A DNA stretch of 63,979 nucleotides, filler included, from Diploschistes diacapsis (lineage: Eukaryota), in NCBI GenBank assembly GCA_023645945.1. It is 20 parts of 20 records of this genome, joined end to end, with 100 filler letters (N's around TTAATTAATTAA, not from the genome) between each part and the next. Parts side by side here need not be neighbours in the genome. Positions count along the whole stretch, not along the records: positions 1 to 20,100 come from JALAIB010000357.1; positions 20,201 to 21,421 come from JALAIB010003570.1; positions 21,522 to 22,741 come from JALAIB010003571.1; positions 22,842 to 24,060 come from JALAIB010003572.1; positions 24,161 to 25,379 come from JALAIB010003573.1; positions 25,480 to 26,698 come from JALAIB010003574.1; 14 more parts are not named here. One strand, written 5' to 3'. Positions 14,592 through 26,798 of this stretch are shown in pieces. Position 1 is the first letter of the stretch. The number at the start of each line of letters is the position of its first letter. A model generated the notes under the pieces. The model saw only the letters and a program-made list of their open reading frames with translations, did not search any database and was not told where the DNA came from. A program made the position numbers and the translations under genes.

Positions 14592-15911
14592 ATGCATCTC
14601 ACGTCTCTGTGCTTAGCGGCTCTTGCCACACAGCTTGTTTCCGCAGCTCCTCACTCTGGGGTTCCAGACGGAAGCTCCGGTGGAAACTCTTCAGACCCAG
14701 CCGCTATCTTTAAGCAGCTGCAGGCGAACTACACAAAGAATGTGCTGGCAACGCTAGATGGGCCGCAGTGTAACAAGACCAACATTGTCGTCCGTCGATC
14801 TTGGTAAGACTTGACGATCTTTCGGCGCTCCAGCGTATTGCCTTTCTGGGAAGAGCATGCTCTAATCTGGATTCCACAGGGACGACATATCAAAACCTGA
14901 ACGAACATCGTACATCAACGCAGTGAAATGCCTGCAATCGCTACCCTCGAAGACAGACCCATTTATCGTCCCAGGCGCACGCAACAGAATAGACGACTTC
15001 ATTTACGCGCACATAAACCAGACTAACTACATGCATCAGAGCGTATGTCTTTACATTAAAGAAGATTCGTAATTGCAGGCCTTGCTAATACCCAAAAGGG
15101 GTTTTTCCTCCCATGGCACCGCGTCTTCGTCCGCCAATACGAGCTCGCGCTTCAGTCCGAGTGCAATTACACCGGCACCCAGCCCTACTGGGATTGGGCC
15201 ACCTTCGCCGACGACCAGACAAAATCCGCCCTCTGGGATGGCAGCGAGACCTCTATGGGCGGCAACGGCCAACCCGTCCCGCATCCTAACCAATCCTACC
15301 CCATTCCTGGCTTGCCAGTTCCCTTGGCTATCTTCCGCCTAGCAGGAACCGGTGGAGGTTGCGTCACGACCGGTCCCTTCGCACAGCCCACCTACACGAT
15401 CAGCCTCGGGCCCGTGTCGCCCCTCGTACCGGGCTATATGACTCAGCCAAATAATGGTACGAACGACACGTACGGCATTCAATACAATCCACGATGTTTG
15501 AAGCGCGACTTCCTGCCTTCCGTGAGCGCAGCCAATCTCAGCTGGCCCATTGTCACCTGGGTCATGCAGCAAGCGAGCATCCACAGCTTCAGGCCGGCGC
15601 TAGAGAACTACATACATCCCAGCGCGCACACGTTCATCGGCGCAGACGCCTTTGACCTGTTCACCTCGCCGAGCGACCCGGCTTTCTTCTTCCTCCATTC
15701 GCAAATCGACAGGCTGTGGACGATTTGGCAAGGGCAGAATCCGGCTGGAAGGCAATTGGGGCTGGATGGAACTCACACCTTTCTCAACCTTCCCCCTTCA
15801 ACCAATGTGACGCTCAACGATACAATGATTTTGGGGGAGGCGGGTGGTTACCCTACGGTTAGAAGTGCTATGTCGGCGACTGAAGGGCAGTTCTGCTACA
15901 TGTATGCTTGA
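14592..15911 (+). CDS. Secreted tyrosinase-like (type-3 di-copper) protein
   Basis: Signal peptide MHLTSLCLAALATQLVSA. Introns 14804-14879 and 15043-15098. CuA histidines (AHINQ, MHQS, FLPWHR), PYWDW, and CuB (HPSAH, DPAFFFLHSQIDRLW). Confidence 0.9.
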
Positions 15912-16645
15912 AGAGCAAAGCTTTGTAGTCGACGTTGTCAACACTTGTGCTAACGATACTCCGTCCTTTTCCGTCAAGTGTTAATAACTTACGCTGATGC
16001 TAAATTCAAATGGCTCGCTCCTATTTGCTAATATTCCCATACGCCTGCCATAATGGCGGCGCAATTGGATGAGCGAGCAAAAAGTCGCCTGCCTGTGGGA
16101 CGTGCATGACCGTATTAGCCGCTGTATCTCATTCGCGGCGTGGGGCTTCCAGATAAGGCGCAGAGACGTGAAAAGCCCATTGACCTGGGAGATAAAAGGC
16201 TTTCAAGGCCAAAACTCAAAGCCGTAAACACATACTTCCTTTCTAACTCTCAGATGTGTTCTTGTACTCTGCTGTCCCTGGATGTAAAGGTTTTTTTTGA
16301 TAGGACTAGTTGTAGCGGGACGTGACCTCCTGCTTTCCCCGCCAAGTGCCGAGCTAGTGCCTAAACATCGAGCCGTGACGGCGTTGCCACATGGAGTACA
16401 ACATCTTACCATCGCGTGCTCAAGCGAAGCTTCATTTCTAATCATATATCTTAATTGTTGAACTTAGCTATGGTACATGCTGATCACTCTGAACTAGCTC
16501 GCATCCTACAGGAGACTCGACCTTTCTACTACTGTGCGAGCCGATTAACGACAAGCTGGACCGGAAGCCAGCTGCATATTCACCCGAGCGTCTACTTTTT
16601 GGAGAACGCCCCAGTAAACGTCCACGACTGGACATTAGCTACAGA

Positions 16646-18698
16646 ATGAGCGATATCCCCGAGGCCTCGATCGCTTCTCAAAGCATCCAGGCCTCGAGGG
16701 TCCTCGACCCCAATGACATCCGTAGGCAGTACTTTAACCGCCCAGGACATGGAGTAGGCTTTGGCGTGAGAAGAGGGCACAGTGACGGGGAGATAACCCA
16801 GCCGCGGAGTAGGTCGTTAAACACACCGGTTGGAAATGAGTCAAACCTACATCGAACTCTATCCGCAGACGACCCTACGCAGACTATGGGAAGAGCTGGG
16901 AACACTCCACAACGCCCAGATTCATTGCACGAATTCCTTCGAAATGTTGAAGGTACGGAGAGTGTACAAGAGTTTCTGAACAGCACCAATGATGGCGACC
17001 GCGTAAGAAGTGTCAGGGCGAGGCAGCAGGCTATGATGATGTTGATAGAGCAAAGGAAAAGAGCGCAACAAGTGAGGGATATGCAGGCTCGGAGGCGGGC
17101 GATTACCATGACGTCGCCGCGGAGTCCAGCCGTTGGGCTCAGACGACATGCAGCGAGTGCTTCCGGAAGTGGGGACTTCAGAACACCCAGCAACCCATTC
17201 GTGAATCATCAATCTGCTTCGGACGAGCCAATGTCGCCGCATCATCCTGTCACTCCTCGTAACCGCAACGATCGAGGTGATGAATATGTTGTCCCGAGGT
17301 GGCAGCCTGACTCCGAGGTCTCGAGTTGCCGGATATGCCACCATCCTTTCAGCTTTTTCTTCCGAAAGCATCATTGTAGGAAGTGCGGCAGAGTGGTCTG
17401 TGCGAACTGCTCGCCTCATCGGATTACAATACCTCAACCATTCATTGTCCGTCCACCTACAGAGGACGGTACTTTAGGTGCCACCACCAGCGAAGACTCT
17501 GACGAAGGTAATGTAACATTGGGTCTTTCAGCCCCTGGCCAGCTGGATTCAGCCTTGGGCGGAGGACAAGAGGTTAGGTTGTGCAATCCTTGCGTGCCAG
17601 ATCCGAACCCCCTACCACCACCTCCATACCCGCTAGCGTCCACGAACTACTCTACACCATCTTCTTCCAGGCCAGACGCGGTTGCTCGGCGCCATGGCTC
17701 GCTAAGAGGTCATTACGCTCAGCAACCACACTCTACGTCTCGAAGGCAATCCACAAGTCTTAACGCACTCACCAATCCGACGAACGCATACGACGTAGGC
17801 AGTCGACCGCTACCCAATCCATTCGCGCCTGATGTAGGGCTCCTTATAATGAATTCTTCATCTTTCTAACCATCGGCAGGGTCGTCAAAGTTCTCATGGC
17901 CTCCAGATGAATCCTTTGAACCGAGGCCCGCACAGTCCGTACGGCTCTGCGCCTCACTCAATATCGGTATGGTTCAATACATCACCAGTTCCGGAATGGC
18001 GCTGAATCTGATTACAGCACCTAACCGAACCACGTCGATCCCCCTCCCATCATTTTCACCACCGCCAGTACGCTTCGGTGTCTGCATATCCTTCCCCTCG
18101 TTACCGTTCCATGCTTGATATCACCTCTCCAATCACACCCGGAGCCCAAGCACCCTCATCGCCTTCGCAGCCTCCTCAACGCCAGATCCCTGAGGAAGAC
18201 GAATGCCCCATCTGTCACCTTGAGCTGCCCCCAAAAGGGCTCAACGGCGAGGAGACCGAACGTGAAGCGCATGTTGCCTCTTGCATCGAAACTCACTTCT
18301 CTGCCTCACGTCCCCGGGCGCAGTCACAATCGCAGCTGCCTCCGGAGACTGCTGCTGCTGCTGCTGCTGCTGCTGCGCCTGCCCAAGCGGGGTCGGGCGC
18401 ACAAATACGGCCAGATCTAGGAGCATATTCAGGATCGCCCTCGGCAGGGGCAGTAATTGCGGGTTCAAGCATGAGAAGACGGACAACAGGAATGGTAGTC
18501 TACCAGGCCACGGAAAAAGACTGCGTGGGTAACGACGGCGGGATACAAGAGTGTGTCATTTGCTTCGAAGACTTTGAGCCTGGTGCAGAGATGGGAAGGC
18601 TGGAGTGTCTCTGCAAGTTCCACAGGGCTTGTATCAGGAGCTGGTGGGATACAAAAGGAGTTGGGGCTTGCCCTGTGCATCAAGGGGGGTTGATATAA
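16646..18698 (+). CDS. PIB1: FYVE-domain RING-type E3 ubiquitin ligase (Pib1-like)
   Basis: FYVE domain: WQPD, CRIC, RKHHCRKCGRVVC, VRLCNPC. An additional CPIC..H..SC zinc finger. C-terminal RING CVICFED..LECLCKFHRACI..W..CPVH. Introns 17834-17879 and 17967-18017 keep the frame. Confidence 0.85.
18351..18377 (+). repeat. (GCT)n microsatellite encoding a poly-Ala tract in the FYVE-RING gene
   Basis: Eight GCT copies plus GCG, in frame. Confidence 0.9.
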
Positions 18699-19505
18699 TA
18701 ACTCGCGTGGTTCGGAAATTTCACAGCACAGCATGGTTGTGGGTCTGGACATTGGATGGAAAGCGCATGATACAATCACTTCGATTACTCATGGCGGCGT
18801 ATCCCGCTCATCATGTTTCAGCGTTTGCGGTAACACTTCCTGGGGATTCTTGGCTTGGGGGCGGACATACACGGATCCCACTTTGGACATGACCAGGGCG
18901 TTGAAAGGAAGAGTTGGCTGTTCGTTTGCATATGGCATGCTTACTCAACACTGCATCAACTTCACGAATCTCTCGTTAGGCTATTGAGTTGCGCTCAATG
19001 GCCCTTGTATAGTTCATACGCAGCTTAACCATCAACTCTTTCATTTTCAGACATGCGATCAAGGTTGCATGGAATCTGGTTTTCCACAGCCACCAATTCA
19101 TCCTCTGTACTCCTCCATTGGTTTGTCCACAACTAGAGGGCGATGCCCTCTAAGTGAATGGACAGTTCAAACATCCCAGATTGAAACCGTGAGTGGGTGG
19201 GGCTTTAGAGGGGAAGTTAAGGAGGGGGGTCGTTTTCGAATCTTTCTCCCGATTACGCCGCCTCAAGTACTGAGTTCGAGTACCGAGTACCGACAAAAGT
19301 GAAGCACTCCAAGTACGGTATTCGTTATATCAGGGTTTGTTCATGAACTCGGCCTCGGTCATTTTTGGTTATGTTTGATGAACTTCGTAAATCATACATC
19401 CTCTGCCTGTGTATATTGATCTGTACCGTGAAGTCTTGAAAATTTAACTTGAAACTACTAATTGCTACACAGAATCCTCAAATATCAAAACACGGGTGCT
19501 GCAAC

Positions 19506-20100
19506 ATGGCTGAGTCTTCCCAAGACTCTATTCCACGCGAGACTCTCAGCACGCCTGTCGTCGCTCCACCGCCGCCAGAAGAAAGGATAACCAATTTGAC
19601 GGGGAGCAATAACACTTCACATCTGCCCCCTTCACAAGACGGTGGAGCCACCAACGCTCATTCAAACGGCGAGTCCGCCAGGCCCAGCAACGTCGTAACC
19701 AACAGCGATGACGCTACTGTCAAGAGGACGGAGCCGGTTGACCTAACACGGCCGACTATCGACCCTTCCACTCTAGCCATTCACGCCGATGACTCCCTTT
19801 GCGCCGTCACTGATATCGCGCCCCCAATTCACATGAGTACCACGTTCCACTATGCTGAAGACCCGGAAAAGCTTGTTCCTGTGAGGGATTTGAAGGAACT
19901 GGTATTTCTCCCTTGCCCGTTCTTCCCTCTTCTTCCTTCACACCTCAATCCTTTTTTCCAACTCAGCTTCTCAGCTCCCTCCGAGCCCTTGCCCACTCTC
20001 CAAATATATATCTACTAACCAGTCCCGCGCAGCCAAAAGAACACGTCTACTCCCGGTACACCTCCAGCAACCCCACCCGCCTCGAAGCCCTCCTTACCCC
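19506..20100 (+). CDS. Cys/Met-metabolism PLP-dependent enzyme (cystathionine gamma-synthase/lyase family), 5' part only, truncated at contig end
   Basis: STLAIHADD..DIAPPIHMSTTF motif, intron 19902-20032, then HVYSRYTSSNPTRLEALL. Confidence 0.8.
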
Positions 20101-20200
20101 NNNNNNNNNNNNNNNNNNNNNNNNNNNNNNNNNNNNNNNNNNNNTTAATTAATTAANNNNNNNNNNNNNNNNNNNNNNNNNNNNNNNNNNNNNNNNNNNN
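20101..20200. other. Artificial contig spacer (44 N + TTAATTAATTAA + 44 N); first of 19 identical spacers
   Basis: Identical 100-nt spacers also start at 21422, 22742, 24061, 25380, 26699, 28018, 29336, 30654, 31972, 33290, 53443, 54761, 56079, 57396, 58713, 60030, 61347 and 62664. The core gives stop codons in all six frames. Confidence 0.98.
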
Positions 20201-20475
20201 ATTAATCCTAAATAATAACTAAGGATATCTATAAAAGTAAACACGTCTTAAATTTATAAAGACTACGGCGGCGTTCTTATATAATTTAAATTAATAACCG
20301 GTTATCGATAACGAACTATTATAACAACGCTATTATTGATAAATAACTATCCGAGTAAATCTGTCCTCGACAGACATCTACCAACGGGTATCTATCAGTC
20401 ACGTGACCCCTGTCACCGCGGTTGGCTATATACAGAAAGCTGGGACGTGCCAAGTCTGGTACTTGGATCGTAACA
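20201..20475 (-). mobile_element. LTR fragment (TGTTACGATCC family) inserted into copia gag
   Basis: Ends GGATCGTAACA on the + strand, the reverse complement of the LTR start seen at 26922, 29688 and 33201. Confidence 0.75.
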
Positions 20476-21059
20476 TCTGATTCTTTGTGTCCTGGCTTTT
20501 TGCAGTAGTTGCAATTTAACCTTTCCTTTTTTGGCCTAGCGCCTGTCGGTGCTCGGCTATTCATAACCATCTCGGTATCGATATCCCCCTTTTTTGATTT
20601 CAACCGCAATGATTCGTCGATTAATTATGAAAATATCGTATTTAGATCGATATCCGGAGAATTATTGTTCCGAATCTATTAAATAATCATAACTATTATA
20701 CCTTCATAATCTTCGGTTAGATTATTTAGGGCCCAGGCAGCTATAACCTTATTCGGAATAATGATATTCCGTACCGCTAAATCGTCCGTTAATTGCTTGA
20801 TTTGGTTGACATATGCCTCGATCTTTCCCTTTTTAATAAGCGTTGTTTCGAACAACTGCTTACATAATAGGAACTCCGAGCTAAACCCCTTTGGTTCATA
20901 AAGGGTTTTTAGAGTCTCCCATGCCTTGTTCGGATCATTAATGTTCCGAATCTGTAGTAGGGGTCCATCTTCAAGAGCTAACCGGATGTAGGCTAACGTC
21001 TTTTTTAGCTTAGTACTCCACTCGATCATTTCCTCGGAGGTCGAAAATGCCGGTGGAAG
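20476..21059 (-). mobile_element. Ty1/copia gag fragment (degenerate)
   Basis: KAWETLKTLYEPKGFSSEFLLCKQLF..ALNNLTEDYE and zinc knuckle CNYCKKPGHKESD. Internal stops; interrupted by insertions at both ends. Confidence 0.85.
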
Positions 21060-21421
21060 TAGGCTGGCCGTTTCGTGCCACGGACATTTCCACGGACACT
21101 ACCGAGAAAATTTTTAAAACATAACACTACCACGGACATTACCGTTAAAATTTTAAAATACGGATACTTCTACGGACATTATATTATAATAAAAGCACGA
21201 ACACGGATATTATAATTAAAAAATTTAAAATACGGATACTTTCACGAATATTATCGTTAAAATTTTTAAAACACGATATTATTATAAATATTATATTATA
21301 ATAAATTTATCGAAATATTACCGTAAATTTATCGAAACATCGCGATAAAAAAATAAATATTATTTATAAATATTTCGATAAATATACGGATATAATAATA
21401 AATTTATTAATACGGATATTA
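21060..21421 (+). mobile_element. End of hAT-like non-autonomous element (TAGGCTGGCCGT terminus with CACGGA subterminal repeats)
   Basis: The same terminus occurs at 33072, 53782, 54423/54707 and 62919. Confidence 0.7.
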
Positions 21422-21521
21422 NNNNNNNNNNNNNNNNNNNNNNNNNNNNNNNNNNNNNNNNNNNNTTAATTAATTAANNNNNNNNNNNNNNNNNNNNNNN
21501 NNNNNNNNNNNNNNNNNNNNN

Positions 21522-22123
21522 CTTGTGCATCATTTCGGCTGTTAATGCTGTTTTAATAACAATTCTTTTTGCTTTCTCGACGAGGGCATCTTTTCTCGCC
21601 ATTATTATCTAGTTTTTTCCAAGTTTTATATCTTATCTCATTTTTAATAATATGTTTTTCATTATTTCTAATATATCCTTCAATATAAATTCGAAACCAT
21701 CTTTTTATTTTAACGACTCGCTTATTAATATTTTGTTTTTAGATTACGAGTCTCGTTCTTATTACTCGATATAATCTAAATCTTTTTCATTAAGTAAAAT
21801 AATTCTAGATCGTTCACTTCTTTTCTTTCCTTCACTTTCTTTTATTTTAATTTAGTTACGTAGGTTTACTCTACGTCTACGTTATGAAAAACGTGCCATC
21901 TTGTCGGATCGTCGTCCTTAAGAAAGATAAAGTAATTAAAACTGTAAAGAATGGAATACAATAATATGGCAAGATGGCTGCACGCAGGGTAGATTCATGC
22001 TAAGACTAATTATTAAAGAAGAAGAGAGAATAAGAAGGGCAAAATCCCCCTTCAAGTACCCGCAAGCCAAGACCCTGAGTACCGCTTGTCCGACTATTGG
22101 CATGCTCCTTGCTTGGCCTTACA
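21522..22123 (-). mobile_element. LTR-type repeat (TGTAAGGCCAAGC family) plus adjacent sequence, RIP-degraded
   Basis: Reverse complement of 28887-29335, differing mostly by transitions; begins TG. Confidence 0.7.
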
Positions 22124-22841
22124 AAAACCTAGTTTAATTAATCCGGCGACATTACCGCCAATTTAGATAACTTTAAATCGAATTTCGTTGGTAAACCTTT
22201 TTAGGCGTTAATATATATCTCGAATAATTTTAAATCTAATTTCTTCGTTAAATACGGGTTTATTCGTTAACACGATCTTCCGTTAATTTAAAAACCTTTC
22301 GATTACGACGAATACGACGTTTACGTTAAAGACGACGATCTTTAATTTCACGGAATTGCTTTTTTAGCTCCTTCTCTTGTTTATTATCCTTATTAATAAG
22401 CTTCTTATCCTTATCGATTTCTTCTCGTATCGAAAGAATAGTTCGTTTAATTATTTCTTAGGTAACAGAAATGCAATCCTTCTTATTAAACTTAATATAA
22501 CGAATGTATTTAACGGAAATAAAAGATATCGTGATATAATCATAAAAGAATAAATAATAGTTATAAATAATATATCTAAATAACTCCGAAAACGAATAAT
22601 AGTAGAACGCCCCTACAGGAATACTACACAACCAGGGGCTGAGCCTAATCTGGAAGGATCACGTGTAGCTGCAATCTGTAGGCTGAATGGTTCAGATTCG
22701 AAAAGGTGAAGAAGGAACTATCTAGGTGGGAGCAGGGCACANNNNNNNNNNNNNNNNNNNNNNNNNNNNNNNNNNNNNNNNNNNNTTAATTAATTAANNN
22801 NNNNNNNNNNNNNNNNNNNNNNNNNNNNNNNNNNNNNNNNN

Positions 22842-23204
22842 CTTATAAATAAAATAATTGCCGACGGATTAACGAAATCACTAAATTACGCTAAATACGA
22901 TATATTTATTAAAAAACTTGAATTAATACAGAAGGCATTCAGCTGAACTAGATGAATATACCGATGATTCCGTTCGTAAAAAAGTGTTGAATAGGTAGGT
23001 AGAATATATGGCTAGGAAGTTTAACTGAACTTTAGATTCAGGTTCAGTTCAGTTAAACCTACTGGGGTTCCTACTAATCCTAATCGGGAGTAGTGCAAGT
23101 CTGTAGGGCTTAGTGGATTCTATTGGTATAAGAGCTTGCATGTAGATTATTCCTTCTAGTAAGATCTCTAGATATCTAGACTTCAATACATGCGTTGCCC
23201 AAAA
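22842..23204 (+). mobile_element. Ty1/copia 3' end: RNase H terminus, polypurine tract and ~220-bp LTR (starts 22985)
   Basis: IADGLTKSL motif, a purine tract, then TGTTG... Paralogous to 32072-32789 and to the reverse complement of 58889-59107. Confidence 0.85.
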
Positions 23205-24160
23205 CCTTCTTTTATCATCGTTCCGAAGAAGTTCTTTCTTATAGGACTATAGAGCCCCTATTCTGCTGACCGAATTGCAAGGAAATGTTATTTTAGCGTT
23301 AAGGTTGTTTTTACGATTTATTTTTAGAAGTAAGTATTCCTAATTTCGGGCCGGAAAATCTTTATTTACTTTTTTATAACAATAGGATCCGTTTATTTTT
23401 TCTTTTTTATTAGCGCGTCCGAGATTGTTTTAAGCCCGATAACCTGAATTATTATTTCGAAAAAGTACGGCATGCTTTTATGCATGTTATGAAGTCCGGA
23501 TGGCGACGAGAATTCAGATATAAGATTTTTATGCGTAATAAATAATTATTTTTATGTATCAGTATCGGTAATGTTTAAGGTTTAATAATTTGTTTATATT
23601 TTTACGTATTACGGTAGTATTATCCTGCGAATATGCTTAATAGATATGGCTTTATGAAATAGTTTAGGCCTTGATATACGCACGTTTCTTTTTAAGCAGG
23701 ATTACGTTATGAATTTCAAACCGGTTTGCTTTTTATCCTACGAGATCCACATCTTTTTATCGACGGTATGTACGGGGCTGTCTTTTAATATTAACCCGTC
23801 CTTTTGTCGAGATTATAAAATCTTTCATTATTTCGTAATTTGTTTATGCATTTCTAAAAGTAATTTCGTGTAGTCATTTATTGCTTTATTATTAAGACTA
23901 ATAGATCTTTGGATAATATTACGCCCGGTATTATTCTTAATATATTTACGTAAATTAATATTAATATAACGAAAACTAGTTTTATTCCTCGGGGATTATG
24001 TTTTCGTGTAATAGAGGTAGTTTATTAATTATAAGTTATAATCAGGACGTAAGGTAACATNNNNNNNNNNNNNNNNNNNNNNNNNNNNNNNNNNNNNNNN
24101 NNNNTTAATTAATTAANNNNNNNNNNNNNNNNNNNNNNNNNNNNNNNNNNNNNNNNNNNN

Positions 24161-24830
24161 ATCAGATGCTATTTTTAATTCTATAATTACTTTAAGTAGA
24201 TAAACGTTGTTTATTTCGGTATCACGATCGTATTTATTTTCAAAACCGGTTTAAGCCGTTGTTAAATTATTAAATCTAGAAATAAATCCGATGAAATCTG
24301 ATTTTATCGATTGTATTAATAGAATATAAGTTTTAAATTTTCGGGATAATGTTTTCGATATAGCTTTATCTTCGATAATGTTTTTCAATTTTAAATAAAA
24401 GAATGCTATTAATTAAACGTTTTTTCATGTAACGTAGTCGTTATTCCGGCTCGATAATTTCGGAAGATTGTCGATTTTAAAATTGATTCGAGGGACGTTG
24501 CTTATTTCTGTGACAGACATTTTGTCCCCGATGGGTTTATTGAGAGTAGTTATAGGTTATCTTTAAGTTCCTAAAAAAGAGTGGTAAAAAGTTAGCTTCA
24601 AAAGAATTAGGGTGCTGGCATAAAGAAGAGGATATTTGGTGGTTCTAGGGAATTATTTTAAAAGGGAAATCTAGTACCCAAAAGTATTTTAGTAAAGAGC
24701 AAAAGCAAAAGCAAAGTACGGCTAGAGCGCCGGGCTCATAACCTGAAAGTTATATTGATAGAGAAGAAGGATTGTATTATCCTGTAAGAGATGTCTGTAA
24801 GCGGATTATATACATTCTGTATGACTAATC
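24161..24830 (-). mobile_element. Ty1/copia 5' end: LTR end, PBS (24732-24743) and gag start (ATG 24520)
   Basis: The minus strand reads ...TTTCA-GGTTATGAGCCC, then MSVTEISNVPRINFKIDNLPKLS..NDYVT* with RIP-type stops. Confidence 0.75.
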
Positions 24831-24849
24831 ATGTCCCCCTGCTCCTTCT

Positions 24850-25379
24850 CACACGAAGTTCAACTGAACCTTACTGAACCCCTCGATTACCTTCATTTCT
24901 ATTATAGAAAATCACCTTCTATACCATTCATCAATTACTTACTAACTACGAATCATTCATTCAACAAATCTTCTTTGTTTACGAAAATAGCAACAAGATG
25001 GACGACATCTTATCCAAGAAGCGGGAGAAAAGAAAAGAATCCCGAGACATCCGTGACAAGAAGGGCAAGAACAAGTGCGCCTACAATGCAGAGGGTTTAG
25101 ACGATGAAAGATCAGAAAGTTTAGAATCTGAACCTGAACCTGAACCTTAACTATATGATAATAAAGTTAGTAATACAGTTAAGGACGTTATTATTAAAAG
25201 TAAGATTATTTTTATTAAGTGGATCGGTGATACCGGCGCCTCATCATATATGATTAATTAATTATATTTATAGAAGCCTGATTCCTATTCGAAGACGACG
25301 AATTAAAGTCGGGGAAGGAATGCTCTATTTAAATTATATTATAAAAATTAAATTAAAGCAAAATAATAACCTTCTATAT
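24850..25379 (+). mobile_element. Ty1/copia gag-protease fragment
   Basis: WIGDTGASS aspartic-protease motif near 25220. 24895-24950 is also repeated at 58660-58712. Confidence 0.7.
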
Positions 25380-25956
25380 NNNNNNNNNNNNNNNNNNNNN
25401 NNNNNNNNNNNNNNNNNNNNNNNTTAATTAATTAANNNNNNNNNNNNNNNNNNNNNNNNNNNNNNNNNNNNNNNNNNNNGAGACAGGTCGTAAGTTAGAC
25501 GAGTCGTTAAGATACCGTTATAGGAATATAGACGGGTTAGGATTTGCTTCGTATACCGGATATAAACGAATTTTTTTAGCTCATGCTTCGGGGTGGCGAT
25601 ACGTTGGCTTATTAATAATAACACGATGACACGTCGTTATCTTTATCTTTTTAGGGCGAATGTCTTTATTTTTGGGGGTAGTAGGGACGTCTTCGCTTTC
25701 AGATATGGTGGTGAAGATTCGATAAGAATAAAATAAGTAGCTGACGAGAATGGGAATAAAGAAAGAAAAGGAAAGATGAAGAAAATAGAGCCTTTATATT
25801 AAATTTACGTTAGTAGTGAATCAATAATAATAATATATTAAAGTATTAACGATTCGCCGTCGACGCGTTAGTTAGGAATTAATAAATATTAAATAGAATT
25901 ATGTGTTAATGATTGATATTACTAGGATATAGAAGATTGACGATACGTTAGAGATC

Positions 25957-26230
25957 TGTTATCGTATAGTTGATAATGAAGGCACGTTACGAGGGTTAAA
26001 CGTTCTGAGGACAGAGCTTAGGAAAGGAAAGGGTAATTATAATACGCAGAACTTAATAAGGGGCTATTAGGGGGTATGTCAAGTATATATCAAGGCCCGT
26101 TAACGTGTTCTTGTATAAGAACAGAGTTTTCGTAGATAGAGATAGTTTTTTAGAAGTTATTTCATCAATACATCTATCGTTTAGCAGAGACCTAGCCACC
26201 GAATAGCCACTTATCTGCCTTATTGTCACA
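25957..26230. mobile_element. Possible LTR of another family
   Basis: TG...CA-bounded segment with a TATA-like tract inside a repeat mosaic. No second copy was seen. Confidence 0.35.
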
Positions 26231-26519
26231 CTGTAGTATTAACCTTTACAAAATTCTAACGACGATATTTTTTTCGGCGATTTTCTTTATTCGCGAAATT
26301 TTTGCGATTATTTGTCGTTGCGTTTCCGTTATTATCTCGTCATTATTTAATAACTCTTATCGAAATAAACCAATAATATCCGTAAATCTACGGTTGTTTA
26401 TTTTAAAAAATTTATCGTTTTATACGCGGTTTTTTAATATCTCGGGATGCTGTCGCGGGTTTTCGATTTTTTTCCGCTATTTTACCGGACCACTGCTTAT
26501 TAAAGGATAAAAAATTGAA

Positions 26520-26698
26520 ACTATAAAAAAAGATATATAAATTATATGATAAATATAGTTATAATATAAACTAATCTCTAAAGAAATAATAAGGAAAGTA
26601 AGGAAACTTCTTTTAAAAAACTCTTCTTATATGGGCCTACGGCCTTGGCGCAGTACTAGGGTTGAGATCTTCCGCTTGTCCGGAGGACTGTCATAGGT
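26520..26698 (-). repeat. Unclassified dispersed repeat
   Basis: The reverse complement matches 57935-58060 (CCTATRACAGTC..GCGGAAGATCTCA..GCGCCAAGGCCG). Confidence 0.65.
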
Positions 26699-26798
26699 NN
26701 NNNNNNNNNNNNNNNNNNNNNNNNNNNNNNNNNNNNNNNNNNTTAATTAATTAANNNNNNNNNNNNNNNNNNNNNNNNNNNNNNNNNNNNNNNNNNNN

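Noticed and set aside
6220..20100. Secondary-metabolite or RiPP cluster around the tyrosinase
   Set aside because: No backbone synthase, repetitive precursor peptide, transporter or cluster regulator was seen; the neighbours are unrelated housekeeping-type genes.
20145..20156. TTAATTAATTAA repeated at ~1.32-kb periodicity as a biological repeat or CRISPR-like array
   Set aside because: It is always centred in N runs, so it is an assembly linker. The periodicity reflects contig size sorting.
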